From Clostridia bacterium (GTDB lineage: Bacteria; Bacillota; Clostridia; UMGS1883), in contig JAZODM010000023.1 in the NCBI GenBank assembly GCA_045596985.1, forward strand, positions 2,684 to 66,683: a stretch of DNA of 64,000 bases, given 5' to 3'. How positions within the stretch are numbered: the stretch's first letter is position 1; the number at the start of each line of letters is the position of its first letter. Positions 8,406 to 19,078 of the stretch are shown here, piece after piece. The notes under the pieces were generated by a model. The model saw nothing but the letters and a program-made list of their open reading frames with translations, did no database searches and was not told where the DNA came from. Position numbers and translations under genes: made by a program.

Positions 8406-10330
8406 TATTTTACCTCTTTCGTAGTTATATAAACTCCGTCATAGTAAACGTCAAGGCTGAGAGTTTCGTTTGTTTCAACTGTTATTGTTGCACTGCCTGA
8501 CTGTGTTGAAAAATCCTTTTCATAGTAGGTCTTTCCGTCCAGAACAAGCCTGATGTTAACCTTCTCCCTGTCCTTGGGAAGGTTGCCAAGTGTGAGCTTA
8601 ACGCTCTTTTTAGGGTTATCGGTGGGCGAAATTGTGTCGCCGCCACTTTCATTTTCCGAATCGGTCTTTTTACCTGTCGATACAGAAAGATTAATCTGGG
8701 TATCTATCGGCACTGTTTCAAAGGCAGCCTTACTCTGGTAGGAAACCTCGCCTTTAAGGTATTTGTCGCTTGCTTCCTCTTTCACTGTGCCGACCTTAAG
8801 GTCGTTTCTCTCTATTGCTACAATAGCCTCTTCAAGTGTTTTTCCGAGAACATCAGGAACAACGGTGTTTTGCGTACCTTTTGAAACATAAAGAGTTACT
8901 TCGTCGCCCTTTGCCATTTGTGTACCCTCGGCAGGAACCTGCCTGAAAATCATCCCCTCTTCATAGGTGTCATTATCTTTTTCTTCTATAATTACCTTGA
9001 TGCCTTTTTCCCGGAGGGAATCCTGTACCTTTTCATAGGGCTTTCCGGTATAATCCTCAAGCTCCAGAACAGCAGGGCCAAGACTCAGTACAACCTTTAT
9101 CTCCCTTGAACGCTTAACCTTGCTGCCGCCCTCGGGAATCTGATATATAATAGTGCTTTTTTCCTCGTCAGAATGCTCACTGCGCTCTACAAATACTTCA
9201 AAAACAACATCACCGTGCGATGCGTTTTCTGCCTCCAGTGCCGCCTCTTCGTATGTCATGCCTAAAAGGTTTGGAATCTGAACCTCGCTACCCGTTCCGA
9301 AAAAGAGTAAATAGAGTATAAAGCCTATAAATATCAGCATTGTGGAGGAAATAAACACTGCTGCGGCAATAATGCCTCGACTTATCTTGCTTTTTTTCTT
9401 TTTATTGGGGCTTACCTTTCTTTCACGGTGGATAGGCTGAGCCTTTTTGGGCGGCTCCTGCTCAGTATCATCATCCCAGGCGTTAAGCAGAGCTATATTC
9501 TGCGATGGATTTTGATAAACCGTCACAAGGTCTTCGAGAATTTGCGACGTGTTTTCGTAGCGGAGCCGCTGCTCCTTTTTCATTGCCTTTATGATAATAG
9601 CCTCAATCCCGGGTGGAAGGTCGCTATTAAGCTCCCTCGGACGTTTTGGCTCCTCGTTTAAATGCTGCATTATTACGGAAACGCTTTCCTCTGCATCAAA
9701 TGGGAGGGAGCCTGTAAACATTTCATACATCACAACGCCAAGTGAGTATATGTCGCTGCGTAAATCGGTATAGCCGCCGCGCGCCTGCTCCGGGGAGAGG
9801 TAATGCGCGCTTCCCACAGCGCTGCTTCCAATGTTTACGGTGGTTGTATTATTTGCGGCACGCGCAATGCCGAAATCTGCAACCTTCAGCTTTCCGCTTT
9901 CAGTAAGTACGATGTTCTGCGGCTTTATATCTCTGTGTACAACGTGCTTTGAATGTGCATGCTCCAGTGCACGGCATATCTGCATTGAGAAGTTTGCCGC
10001 CTCTTTCCACGAAAGGGCACCGCCCTTTTCCGTTATATAATTTTTGAGAGTCTGCCCCTCAAGATATTCCATTACGATGTAGTGAAGACCGTCCTCCTCG
10101 CCGACATCATAAATCTGTGTAATATTCTGATGCGACAGACTTGCTGCAGCCTGAGATTCAATCTTGAAGCGGCGGATAAAATCCTCATTCTCCTTAAATT
10201 CTTCGCGCAGAATTTTTACGGCAACAAATCTACCGAGCATAATATCCTTCGCTTTATATACAACCGCCATTCCGCCCATACCGACGCGTTCAATTAGTTC
10301 ATATCTGCTTCCCAGAACTTTTGATTCCAT
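8402..10330 (-). CDS. prkC: Ser/Thr protein kinase with extracellular PASTA-type repeats
   Basis: Hanks kinase motifs GMGGMAVVYKA, HRDIKPQN and DFGIA. A TM segment lies near residue 335. The C-terminal half is repeated beta-rich (PASTA-like). Confidence 0.92.
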   Translation of the reverse strand: MESKVLGSRYELIERVGMGGMAVVYKAKDIMLGRFVAVKILREEFKENEDFIRRFKIESQAAASLSHQNITQIYDVGEEDGLHYIVMEYLEGQTLKNYITEKGGALSWKEAANFSMQICRALEHAHSKHVVHRDIKPQNIVLTESGKLKVADFGIARAANNTTTVNIGSSAVGSAHYLSPEQARGGYTDLRSDIYSLGVVMYEMFTGSLPFDAEESVSVIMQHLNEEPKRPRELNSDLPPGIEAIIIKAMKKEQRLRYENTSQILEDLVTVYQNPSQNIALLNAWDDDTEQEPPKKAQPIHRERKVSPNKKKKSKISRGIIAAAVFISSTMLIFIGFILYLLFFGTGSEVQIPNLLGMTYEEAALEAENASHGDVVFEVFVERSEHSDEEKSTIIYQIPEGGSKVKRSREIKVVLSLGPAVLELEDYTGKPYEKVQDSLREKGIKVIIEEKDNDTYEEGMIFRQVPAEGTQMAKGDEVTLYVSKGTQNTVVPDVLGKTLEEAIVAIERNDLKVGTVKEEASDKYLKGEVSYQSKAAFETVPIDTQINLSVSTGKKTDSENESGGDTISPTDNPKKSVKLTLGNLPKDREKVNIRLVLDGKTYYEKDFSTQSGSATITVETNETLSLDVYYDGVYITTKEVKY

Positions 10331-10365
10331 ATTTCATTTCCTCCATAAAAGTTACTTGCCGAGCA

Positions 10366-11097
10366 TTAAAGTGTTGCTACGATTACCGTAATGTTATCGT
10401 CACCGCCTGCATCATTTGCACGGCGGATAAGTTCGTTTGCAGCATTTTCGGGGTCTGGACTTTCCAAAACAACATTGCAGATGTCTTTTTCGCTGAGCAT
10501 ATTTGTAAGCCCGTCACTGCAAAGAAGAAGTCTGTCGCCCTCACTCAGCTTTAAAATAACATTATCCTCCTGCGCCTTTGGGGAAGTACCCAATGCACGC
10601 GTTATCACATTCTTTTGCGGATGATGCTGTGCCTGCTCGGGAGTAAGCTCGCCTTTTTCTATCATATATTCCATCAGTGAATGATCTTTTGTAAGGCGGT
10701 TTATTTTACCCTCTGGCGTGATATGATACACGCGGCTGTCTCCGATGTGGGCAATATATGCACTATTGTCATATATTACGCAAATGTCTATGGTTGTTCC
10801 CATTCCGTCAAGGGACGCGTCACTTAAAGAAAGGTTGTAGATGCATTCATTTGCGCTTTCAAGTGATGATGACAAGATGCTGAAAATCTGCGCAGGTATC
10901 AGCGGGCGGCAAAAACGCTCCTGCAAAACGGAAAGCACTGCTTCAATAGCCTCGCTGCTGGCAATTTCGCCGCCACTATGGCCACCCATTCCGTCAGCAA
11001 GTATAAGCACTGTATAATCTCCGATTTTCTTTGCAACGCAACAGTCCTCGTTATTAAAACGCTGCTTTCCTCGGTCTGAAACTGAATAAAACTGCAA
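10366..11097 (-). CDS. stp: PP2C-family Ser/Thr phosphatase
   Basis: Motifs RFNNEDC, ADGMGGHSGGE, DGLTN and GGDDNITV. The start is uncertain: TTG at 11097 after GAGGTGG, or GTG at 11106. Confidence 0.88.
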   Translation of the reverse strand: MQFYSVSDRGKQRFNNEDCCVAKKIGDYTVLILADGMGGHSGGEIASSEAIEAVLSVLQERFCRPLIPAQIFSILSSSLESANECIYNLSLSDASLDGMGTTIDICVIYDNSAYIAHIGDSRVYHITPEGKINRLTKDHSLMEYMIEKGELTPEQAQHHPQKNVITRALGTSPKAQEDNVILKLSEGDRLLLCSDGLTNMLSEKDICNVVLESPDPENAANELIRRANDAGGDDNITVIVATL

Positions 11098-11143
11098 TAT
11101 TACCACCTCATTTCAGTGTTTTTATTATAAGAGAATTTTGATA

Positions 11144-11168
11144 GGGATAGGAAAAAATGCTTCAGAAC
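11144..11168 (+). repeat. module C repeat, copy 1 (GGGATAGGAAAAAATGCTTCAGAAC)
   Basis: 25 nt identical to 49005-49029. It lies immediately upstream of family A copy 2. Confidence 0.85.
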
Positions 11169-11217
11169 AGATCTGCCTGAGGCAAGCAAAGTCATAGATA
11201 AAGATTTTTTGCAAAGC

Positions 11218-11289
11218 AAAAAATCCACCAACATTTCGAACTTCGCATTTCGCATTTCGCATTTTCTTTTCCTTTGCTTTGGATTTTTT
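11218..11289 (+). repeat. family A repeat, copy 2: heptamer array bracketed by AAAAAATCCA/TGGATTTTTT
   Basis: The array at 11233-11267 reads ATTTCGA ACTTCGC ATTTCGC ATTTCGC ATTTTCT. Flanks are at 11218-11227 and 11280-11289. The right flank touches the rlmN stop codon (11289-11291). Confidence 0.9.
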
Positions 11290-12314
11290 CACATCCCGTC
11301 AATTTCGTTATTACGGAGCTGTCCGCAGGATGCACTGATATCTGCCCCCAATTCCCTGCGGATTGTTGCATTTATGCCAAGACTTTCAAGTGATTTTTGA
11401 AAGTCCATTGTTTCCTTTTTGTTGGTGCGTATATTATTTCTCTCCGTTACGGGGTTTACGGGGATAAGGTTGACGTGCGCATTTTTGCCGCGAAGAAGCT
11501 CCGCGAGTTTTTTTGCATCGGCGTAAGAGGAGTTTTTCCCTTTTACGAGCGCATATTCAAAGGTTATGCGTCTGTGCGTTTTGTCAAAGTAATAGTCGCA
11601 CGCATCCATAATATCGCATAGCGAGTACGCCTTTGCCACCGGCATAAGTATGCGGCGTGCCTCATCTGTGGGCGCATGGAGCGAAATGGCAAGGTTAATC
11701 GGCATCATTTCGTCTGCAAGCTTATATATCTTATCCGTAAGGGCACAGGTTGATAGCGTAATATGGCGAAAGCCAATCCCTTGCCCCTCGTCGTCGTTGA
11801 TATTTTTCAAAAATGTAATAATATTATCGTAATTGTCAAGCGGCTCACCTATGCCCATAATTACAATATTACTGATTTTTACGCCTAAGTCTTTTTGTGC
11901 GCGCAGGATTTGCCCCTCGATTTCGTATGGTGTAAGGTTTCTTACAAGACCGCCCAGCGTAGACGCACAGAAGGAGCAGCCCATACGGCAACCGACCTGA
12001 CTTGATATACAGATGCTTTTGCCGTGGAGGTAATCCATTACGACTGTTTCTATAATATTTCCGTCAGAAAGCTTTAAAAGGTACTTAACCGTTCCGTCAA
12101 TTTTTGATACAAGCTTTTTATAAACTTCAGGAAGGAAAATTTCAAAATCCTTTGAAAGCTTTTCGCGCAGCGAAAGGGGAAGGTTTGTCATTTCATCGGT
12201 GCTTTCTATGCCACTGTGCACCCATTTAAAAATCTGCTTTGCACGGAACGCGCTTTCCCCTGCGCTTTTGATATATTCTTTTAACTGCTCTTTTGTTAAA
12301 TCACCGAGATTCAA
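11289..12314 (-). CDS. rlmN: 23S rRNA/tRNA (adenine-C2)-methyltransferase, radical SAM
   Basis: Radical SAM cluster motif GCRMGCSFCAS, plus C-terminal ...SASCGQL. 341 aa. Confidence 0.93.
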   Translation of the reverse strand: MNLGDLTKEQLKEYIKSAGESAFRAKQIFKWVHSGIESTDEMTNLPLSLREKLSKDFEIFLPEVYKKLVSKIDGTVKYLLKLSDGNIIETVVMDYLHGKSICISSQVGCRMGCSFCASTLGGLVRNLTPYEIEGQILRAQKDLGVKISNIVIMGIGEPLDNYDNIITFLKNINDDEGQGIGFRHITLSTCALTDKIYKLADEMMPINLAISLHAPTDEARRILMPVAKAYSLCDIMDACDYYFDKTHRRITFEYALVKGKNSSYADAKKLAELLRGKNAHVNLIPVNPVTERNNIRTNKKETMDFQKSLESLGINATIRRELGADISASCGQLRNNEIDGM

Positions 12315-12320
12315 AATAGC

Positions 12321-13577
12321 TTACGTCCTTTCAAACGCGGCATAAAAGAAGCCGTCTGTTTTGTCCTTGTGCGGAAGAAGCTGCTTCTGCAAGACAAGGG
12401 TAAAATCACTGTGTCTGTCAAGAAAATATTTTACATTGTCCTCATTTTCAGCCTTGTTTATTGTGCAGGTGGAGTAAAGAAGTCTTCCGCCCTTTCTTAC
12501 ATATAATGCACTGTTATCTAAAATAGCACGCTGAATTTCTGAGAGTGAATTATTTGCGTCTTGCGTCTTTGTCCACTTTATATCGGGCTTACGCCGAAGA
12601 ACACCCAGACCCGAACAGGGAACATCTGCCAAAACTCTGTCAAAGCGGTCTTTAAAATCTTTGTTTAAAACTGTTGCATCATTTACTGAAACAGTGGCAT
12701 TTGTAACACCAAGGCGGAGGAGGTTATTTCTTATAAGCTCCGTTTTATGCGCGTGTATATCGCACGATACTATTTCGCCTGTGTTATTCATGAGCTGACC
12801 GATAAATGCGCTTTTTCCGCCGGGCGCACTGCAAAGGTCAAGCACGCGCATATTCTCCCTTACGTCAAGTGCCATTATCGCAAGCTGTGAAGCCGCATCC
12901 TGCACTGCTATATGCCCCTCTTTAAAATAAGAGGTATTTTCAACACTGCCGCCACCCGTATATGTGTATGTATAGGGCGTGGCAGAATGCTTTTCAAATT
13001 CTATTGGCAGGGTGTCTTTTTTCAGTGTGTTGAGCCTTATGGTTATCGGCGGCTCCTCATTCATTGCGGCGAAAAGCTCCTCGCTATAGCCTTGTTCAAG
13101 CCACAATTGTGTAAGCCACATCGGGAAAGAATACTTTATACTGATATATTCTGCGCCCGACTTTTCCTCCGGCAGAAAATCGCCCGATTTTGAAGCGGCA
13201 CGAAGTATTGCGTTGACAAAGCCTGCCGAGGCGCCGTGTCCGTATCGGCGTGCCAGGCGCACACATTCATTTACTGTTGCGGCATCGGGCACGCGGTCAA
13301 GAAATTTTACGGAATAGATGCCAATTCTCAAAATATTGTGAATCCATACCGAAAGCTTGCGCAGCTTAACGGTGGATAGGTTTTCGATAATATTATCAAT
13401 AAAAAGTCTGTTTTTCATAACGCCGAAGGCAAGTGTAGTGCACAGTGCCTTATCGCGTCCGTCCATATTACTCGCTGAAAGAATGTCGCGCAGTGCTATG
13501 TTAAGATATGCGCCGTCCTTATCAGCAGCAACAAGTGCCTTTAGTGCCGCCTCGCGCGGCTTTGAAAGTGCTGCCAT
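12321..13577 (-). CDS. rsmB: 16S rRNA (cytosine967-C5)-methyltransferase
   Basis: NusB-like N-terminal domain plus SAM methyltransferase motifs DLCSAPGGKS and DVPCSGLGV...YSTCT. Confidence 0.92.
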   Translation of the reverse strand: MAALSKPREAALKALVAADKDGAYLNIALRDILSASNMDGRDKALCTTLAFGVMKNRLFIDNIIENLSTVKLRKLSVWIHNILRIGIYSVKFLDRVPDAATVNECVRLARRYGHGASAGFVNAILRAASKSGDFLPEEKSGAEYISIKYSFPMWLTQLWLEQGYSEELFAAMNEEPPITIRLNTLKKDTLPIEFEKHSATPYTYTYTGGGSVENTSYFKEGHIAVQDAASQLAIMALDVRENMRVLDLCSAPGGKSAFIGQLMNNTGEIVSCDIHAHKTELIRNNLLRLGVTNATVSVNDATVLNKDFKDRFDRVLADVPCSGLGVLRRKPDIKWTKTQDANNSLSEIQRAILDNSALYVRKGGRLLYSTCTINKAENEDNVKYFLDRHSDFTLVLQKQLLPHKDKTDGFFYAAFERT

Positions 13578-14293
13578 CAGTCGTTGCGCCTTCTTCCGCT
13601 TGCAAGCATCAGGAACCTCAGGAGGTTTGCCACAGATACTGCCGCCGCCGCAACATACGTCATTGCCGCTGCGCCGAGCACCTTTTTAACTGCAGGAACT
13701 TCGTCTGATTCAAGGTACATTCCGCTTTCAAGGATTGACACCGCGCGCCTTGATGCATTAAATTCAACGGGCAGTGTTACAAGCTGGAAAAGCACCGCAA
13801 AGGAGAAAAACCATATTCCGACGTTGAGTAAAATGTCGCTGAGACCGCCGGAGAGGATAAGTCCGATAAGAATAAGATACGGCCCTGCCATAGAGCCTAT
13901 ATTTGCAACGGGGACAATGGCATTTCTGACCTTTATCGGCACATAACCCGTTGCGTGCTGAACTGCGTGACCTGCCTCATGCGCGGCAACACCCACCGCA
14001 GCAACCGAGGTCGAATTTTTCACAGAATCGGAAAGACGTATAACATTGCTTCTGGGGTCATAGTGGTCGGTAAGATTTCCGCTGACCGATTCAATGCGCA
14101 CGTTATAAAGTCCGTTTGCATCCAAAATTCCGCGTGCAGCCTGCTCTGCAGTAATGTTACGCGCAGTTCTCTTTTGCGAAAATCTTTTAAAGGTTGAGCT
14201 TACCCTTGCCGAAGCAACAAGTGAAAGAAGTGCTGTTATAAGCACTAAAATATATCCGCTGTCAAAATAATATCCATAGCCAAAGCCGTACAT
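13577..14293 (-). CDS. membrane zinc metallopeptidase (YugP/Zn_peptidase_2 type)
   Basis: HEAGHAVQH zinc motif with TM helices on both sides. Start at the ATG at 14293, 5 nt after the fmt stop. Confidence 0.8.
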   Translation of the reverse strand: MYGFGYGYYFDSGYILVLITALLSLVASARVSSTFKRFSQKRTARNITAEQAARGILDANGLYNVRIESVSGNLTDHYDPRSNVIRLSDSVKNSTSVAAVGVAAHEAGHAVQHATGYVPIKVRNAIVPVANIGSMAGPYLILIGLILSGGLSDILLNVGIWFFSFAVLFQLVTLPVEFNASRRAVSILESGMYLESDEVPAVKKVLGAAAMTYVAAAAVSVANLLRFLMLASGRRRND

Positions 14294-14297
14294 TAAA

Positions 14298-15227
14298 TCA
14301 TTCCTTTCCGAGAATAGTCCCCTTCTCAATGGCGTGTCCGCGAAGATAATCGCCGACGCTCATTTTCTTTTTGCCCTCTACCTTAATATCCTTTATTATA
14401 ACAGAGCCTTCGCCGCACGCAACAACAAGACCGTCTGCGTCTGCGCGCAAAACCTCGCCTGGTGTGCCGCCTTGCTCGCACTTATATACAAAATCTACCA
14501 CAAAGCGCTTACCTCCGATAAAGCTATATGCCATCGGCCACGGGTTTAAGCCCCTGACCTTATTATAAATAGATTCGCTCGTATTATGCCAGTCTATTTC
14601 ACCTTCAGCCTTGGAAAGCTGCGAAGCATACGTTGAAAGGGCATCATCCTGCTTTTGTGGAGTAAGAGAGACGTCCTTAAGTGCGTCAAGCGTTTGGAGA
14701 AGAACTTCCCCACCCAAAATTGCCAGTGCATCGTGAAACTCTCCTGCAGTCATTGTAGGCGTAATAGCAAGCTCCCTCTTAAGAAGCATATCGCCCGTAT
14801 CAAGCCCCTTTTCCATATACATACTGGTTACGCCGCTGACCTTTTCACCATCAATTACGGCGCGCTGAATAGGTGCGGCACCTCTGTATTTGGGAAGGAG
14901 TGAGCCGTGGATGTTTATACATCCGTATTTGGGGAAGCCCAGCACATATTCAGGGAGAATTTTTCCATATGCAACAACGACTATTATATCGGGACAGTAC
15001 TCTTCAAGAAGAGGCAGGATCGCCCCGTCCTTAAGAGTTTCGGGCTGATGCACAGGGATATTCTTTTCCAGTGCCAGCTTCTTAACATCACTCATAGCCA
15101 TTTCATAGCCCCTGCCCTTGGGCTTATCAGGCTGTGTTATTACGCACACAACGTCACGTCCGTCATCAAGAAGTGCCTGAAGCGACACCTGTGCAAACTC
15201 GGGTGTTCCCATAAAAAGAATACGCAT
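14298..15227 (-). CDS. fmt: methionyl-tRNA formyltransferase
   Basis: MRILFMGTPEFA...HGSLLPKYRGAAPIQ. Sits in the canonical def-fmt pair. Confidence 0.95.
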   Translation of the reverse strand: MRILFMGTPEFAQVSLQALLDDGRDVVCVITQPDKPKGRGYEMAMSDVKKLALEKNIPVHQPETLKDGAILPLLEEYCPDIIVVVAYGKILPEYVLGFPKYGCINIHGSLLPKYRGAAPIQRAVIDGEKVSGVTSMYMEKGLDTGDMLLKRELAITPTMTAGEFHDALAILGGEVLLQTLDALKDVSLTPQKQDDALSTYASQLSKAEGEIDWHNTSESIYNKVRGLNPWPMAYSFIGGKRFVVDFVYKCEQGGTPGEVLRADADGLVVACGEGSVIIKDIKVEGKKKMSVGDYLRGHAIEKGTILGKE

Positions 15228-15242
15228 AATTCCCTCCGAAAA

Positions 15243-15728
15243 TCAGTCTTCTTCGTCTTCTGTCCCATATTCGGGGTCAACAAACTCTGTTACCTTTTCA
15301 ACATAGAGCTTTCCGTCGAGGTGGTCGCACTCGTGACAGATGCATCGTGCGTACAAATCCTCGCCCGTAAATTCAAAAGGCTCGCCATTCCTGTCAAGAG
15401 CCTGTACAGTCGCCTTTTGCGGGCGCTCGACAATACCTGCCTTGCCGGGTACGCTAAGACACCCTTCAATACCGCTCTGGCTGCCCTCTGTATGCGTGAT
15501 GACAGGGTTTATAAGCTCAAGCATTCCCCCGTCCTCGCCAAGGTCTATTACAACTACTCTGCGAAGTATACCCACCTGCGGTGCGGCAAGTCCCACACCG
15601 TTTGCCATAAGTAAGGTTTCTTTCATATCGTCAAGCAAAGTGTGAAGCCTTGCATCAAATTTTTCTACCTCTCTGCACTTTTTGTTAAGGCAGGAATCTC
15701 CGATTTCTCTGATGTTTCTTAATGCCAT
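15243..15728 (-). CDS. def: peptide deformylase
   Basis: Motifs GLAAPQVG, EGCLSVPG and HECDHLDG. The ATG at 15728 after GGGAGTG is preferred to the GTG at 15737. Confidence 0.93.
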   Translation of the reverse strand: MALRNIREIGDSCLNKKCREVEKFDARLHTLLDDMKETLLMANGVGLAAPQVGILRRVVVIDLGEDGGMLELINPVITHTEGSQSGIEGCLSVPGKAGIVERPQKATVQALDRNGEPFEFTGEDLYARCICHECDHLDGKLYVEKVTEFVDPEYGTEDEED

Positions 15729-15757
15729 AATTTTCACTCCCTGATGTTTCGTTTCGG

Positions 15758-18190
15758 TTAGTTCATACTGTAAGGGTTAATGTCTGCAACAACCACAAGG
15801 TCACCTGTGCGCTTTGCATCCTTTTCGTGCAAAACTTCTCGCAGAGCACCTATAAGGGTTTCGTCAGCGGTGCATTTTATCCACAATCTGTAGCGGTGAC
15901 GCCCCTGAATTTTTGAAAGCGGCGCAGCCGACGGCCCGTAAAAAATACAGTCCTCATACGCACGCAGAGCCATTTTCAGCTTCATTGTAATTTTTGCAAT
16001 GGCTTTTTCAGCCTCCTCCTTGTCAGAGGAGCTTACTGTTATATTTATTATATCACAAAACGGCGGATAATAAAACGCGCGTCTGTACTCAATTTCCTCT
16101 TCAAAAAATGATTTGTAATCCTGCTTTGCCGCCATAAGAAGCACTCTGTTTTCCGCGTCATAGGTCTGCAACACCGCACGTCCCTTTTTTTCTCCTCTGC
16201 CGGCTCTTCCGCACACCTGGGTAATAAGGTTAAAGGTACGCTCCTGCGCACGGAAATCATCAATGTTAAGCGATGCATCGGCAGCCAGAACGCCAACCAG
16301 TGTCACGTTTTCAAAATCAAGCCCCTTTGTCACCATCTGTGTGCCGAGAAGGATATCCGTCTTTTCTTCGGTGAATTTATCGAGCAGCCTTTCGTGACCG
16401 CGCTTCGTGCTTGTAGTGTCTGTGTCCATCCGCAGTAATTTTGCATCGGGAAAAATCCCCTCAATCTGCTCCTGCGCCTTTTGCGTGCCCTTTCCAAAAT
16501 CGCGCACCTTTGTGCTGCCGCATTTGGGGCAGACACTTTTAATGCTTTCACAGTGACCGCAGTAGTGACATTTTAAAACGTCTGAATTTTTGTGATATGT
16601 CAGCGATACACTGCACTGCGGACAGGAAAATACAAAACCGCAGTCCCTGCAGGAAACAAAGGTGGAATATCCGCGTCTGTTCAAAAACAAAATAGTCTGC
16701 TCACCTTTTTCAAGGTTTTGCGCCATTTCGCTTGCTAAAAGCCTGCTCAAAACGGTTTTATTTCCCTCTTTAAGCTCGTTTGACATATCTGCTATATAGA
16801 CCTCTGGCAGAGGCTTTTTGTTGTATCGCTCCAAAAGCTCAATAAGTGTATAGTCACCGCATTTTGCCTTGTAATAGCTTTCAACGCTCGGTGTTGCCGA
16901 GCCTAACACGAGAGGACAGTTATGCACCTTTGAAAGAAAGAGCGCAATATCCCTTGCGTGGTAGCGTGGCGAGGATTCGGATTTATATGACTGCTCGTGC
17001 TCCTCGTCAATTATTATTACGCCGATATTTTCGCACGGGGCAAAAATTGCACTGCGCGCACCTATGATAACGCGCGCCACGCCCCGCCTGATTCTGCGCC
17101 ATTCATCGAGCCTTTCCCCGAGGGAAAGCGCACTGTGAATTACGGCAACACTGTCACCAAAACGGTCGAAAAAGCGCCTTGTCATTTGCGGAGTAAGGGA
17201 AATTTCAGGAACAAGAAGGATTGCCTGCTTACCTTTTTTCAGGGCGTCTGAAACAATGCTCATATAAACCTCGGTCTTTCCGCTGCCGGTAATGCCGTGC
17301 AGAAGAAAGGTTTTATTGCCCTGACCGATAACAGTATCGGCAGCCCTTTTCTGCGCGTCTGTAAGAACAAGGGGAGGAAGCTTAGCCTGCTCCTTTCCCT
17401 CAAGCGGATTTCGAAGAACCTCTACCTCGCGGTAGTCTATAAGCCCTTTGATAAAAAGTGCCTCAACGGCATTTCGCGTTGCACCCGATGCTGCTATTAT
17501 GTCAGGCACACTAAGCTCACCAAATTCGCTTAACGCTTTAAGTACAGCCGCCTGCTTGGGAGCCTTTTTTTCAAGCTGTGCTATATGGGTGGAAATTTCA
17601 TCTCCACCGCAATAAAACGCAACGCGCACCGATTTTTCGTTTGCCCTGCGTTTATCGCGAAAGCTTTTTTCGCAAATCTCTTTTTTTACAAGAGTATTTA
17701 CTGTGGCGCGTGCATTTTTTCCAAGCACGCTTTTTATCTGCGCCATTTCGGCGGAGCCTTCACTCTCCAGGAGAAGCTTTATAAGTTGCTCCTGACGGGG
17801 AGTTTTTGCGAAATGGATGTTTTCGTAATACTTGTGGGTAAGGGAAATCCACTCCTCAAACCTTGCATCTGTTCCGGGGGGCAGCATCAGTGCAGCCGCC
17901 TCGGAAAATGTACAAAAATACCTCTCGCGCATATGAAAGCACAAATCCATACTGCTTTTTGTAAGCACGGGGAAATCGTCCGTCACCGAACGGATTTGTT
18001 TGAGGGAGCTAAAACTGCTTTCTTCCTTTAAAAGTGTAACGTATGCCTCTTTAGGCAGATTTGCGCCGCCAAAAGGCACCTTGACCCTGCTTCCCAGAGA
18101 AATCTTTTCCTCCAGAGCCGATGGGACAAGGTAGTCAAAGCTTTTATCAATATTCAGGTTTGTTGTATTTACATAAACCTGAGCAATCAT
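15758..18190 (-). CDS. priA: primosomal protein N' (replication restart helicase)
   Basis: Walker A GITGSGKTEVY, DEEH box, and Cys-rich zinc-binding insert CRDCG...CPQC...CHYCG...CPKCG. 810 aa. Confidence 0.95.
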   Translation of the reverse strand: MIAQVYVNTTNLNIDKSFDYLVPSALEEKISLGSRVKVPFGGANLPKEAYVTLLKEESSFSSLKQIRSVTDDFPVLTKSSMDLCFHMRERYFCTFSEAAALMLPPGTDARFEEWISLTHKYYENIHFAKTPRQEQLIKLLLESEGSAEMAQIKSVLGKNARATVNTLVKKEICEKSFRDKRRANEKSVRVAFYCGGDEISTHIAQLEKKAPKQAAVLKALSEFGELSVPDIIAASGATRNAVEALFIKGLIDYREVEVLRNPLEGKEQAKLPPLVLTDAQKRAADTVIGQGNKTFLLHGITGSGKTEVYMSIVSDALKKGKQAILLVPEISLTPQMTRRFFDRFGDSVAVIHSALSLGERLDEWRRIRRGVARVIIGARSAIFAPCENIGVIIIDEEHEQSYKSESSPRYHARDIALFLSKVHNCPLVLGSATPSVESYYKAKCGDYTLIELLERYNKKPLPEVYIADMSNELKEGNKTVLSRLLASEMAQNLEKGEQTILFLNRRGYSTFVSCRDCGFVFSCPQCSVSLTYHKNSDVLKCHYCGHCESIKSVCPKCGSTKVRDFGKGTQKAQEQIEGIFPDAKLLRMDTDTTSTKRGHERLLDKFTEEKTDILLGTQMVTKGLDFENVTLVGVLAADASLNIDDFRAQERTFNLITQVCGRAGRGEKKGRAVLQTYDAENRVLLMAAKQDYKSFFEEEIEYRRAFYYPPFCDIINITVSSSDKEEAEKAIAKITMKLKMALRAYEDCIFYGPSAAPLSKIQGRHRYRLWIKCTADETLIGALREVLHEKDAKRTGDLVVVADINPYSMN

Positions 18191-18193
18191 AGA

Positions 18194-18451
18194 TTATTCC
18201 TCTTCCAAAAGTGTTTCGTCTGCACCCTTTTGTGCATTGGTAAATTCTGCAACAGCATCGGAAAATCTTTCCTCACGGCTTCCTTTCACGCATCTGATTT
18301 TGCCGTCGGCAATCTCCTTTATAGCACGGGAAACCGTCTTGTCGTTGCTTGCATCGCAAACAAGCTGACGTGCCCTTTTTGCGGTAGCAACTACCAGAGA
18401 GTAACGTGAATCAAAGCCCTCCATAAGCTTTGCAATTTCAGGGTATAACAT
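18194..18451 (-). CDS. rpoZ: DNA-directed RNA polymerase subunit omega
   Basis: 85 aa with SRYSLVVATAKRARQL. Canonical gmk-rpoZ adjacency. Confidence 0.9.
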   Translation of the reverse strand: MLYPEIAKLMEGFDSRYSLVVATAKRARQLVCDASNDKTVSRAIKEIADGKIRCVKGSREERFSDAVAEFTNAQKGADETLLEEE

Positions 18452-18469
18452 ATTATCAAAACCTTTCTA

Positions 18470-19078
18470 TCAATCTATATATTCGTTTTTTAACTCTTTA
18501 TAATTACGTGACATAGAACACTTTTCGGCGTTTATTATATCGCCCAGTGTCTTTGCCGCGTTTTCCACAGTGTCATTGACAAGAACATAATTATACTTTT
18601 CAATAAACTTAAATTCTGCCTTTGCGCGCTCAAGTCTTTCCTTTATAACTTCGTCGGTTTCTGTATTTCTTCCGCGCAGCCTTTCCTCCAAAACCTCAAG
18701 CGACGGGGGAAGAACAAATATGAAAACGCCCTCCGGATAGTGTGCGCGCACCTGCATAGCGCCCTGTACCTCTATTTCAAGGATAACGTCTTTTCCGTCA
18801 TCTATCATCTGCATAACGGTGTCCTTGGGTGTGCCGTAGTAATTTCCGCAAAATACTGCGTGCTCCAAAAATCCGCCTGCATCTATCTTCTTTCTGAATT
18901 CATCTTCTGAAAGGAAGAAGTAATTTATACCATCCTTCTCACCCTCACGCGCTTTGCGCGTGGTTGCCGATACGGAAAGAGAACATTCAGGGTGGTTTTT
19001 AACGTATTCATTGCAAACTGTCCCCTTACCAACTCCTGACGGCCCCGATACAACAAGGAGCAATCCTTTCTTATTCAT
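18470..19078 (-). CDS. gmk: guanylate kinase
   Basis: P-loop [10 protein letters not shown] plus the EVQGA block. The internal ATG at 19078 overlaps the remA stop (ATGAATAA). Confidence 0.93.
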   Translation of the reverse strand: MNKKGLLLVVSGPSGVGKGTVCNEYVKNHPECSLSVSATTRKAREGEKDGINYFFLSEDEFRKKIDAGGFLEHAVFCGNYYGTPKDTVMQMIDDGKDVILEIEVQGAMQVRAHYPEGVFIFVLPPSLEVLEERLRGRNTETDEVIKERLERAKAEFKFIEKYNYVLVNDTVENAAKTLGDIINAEKCSMSRNYKELKNEYID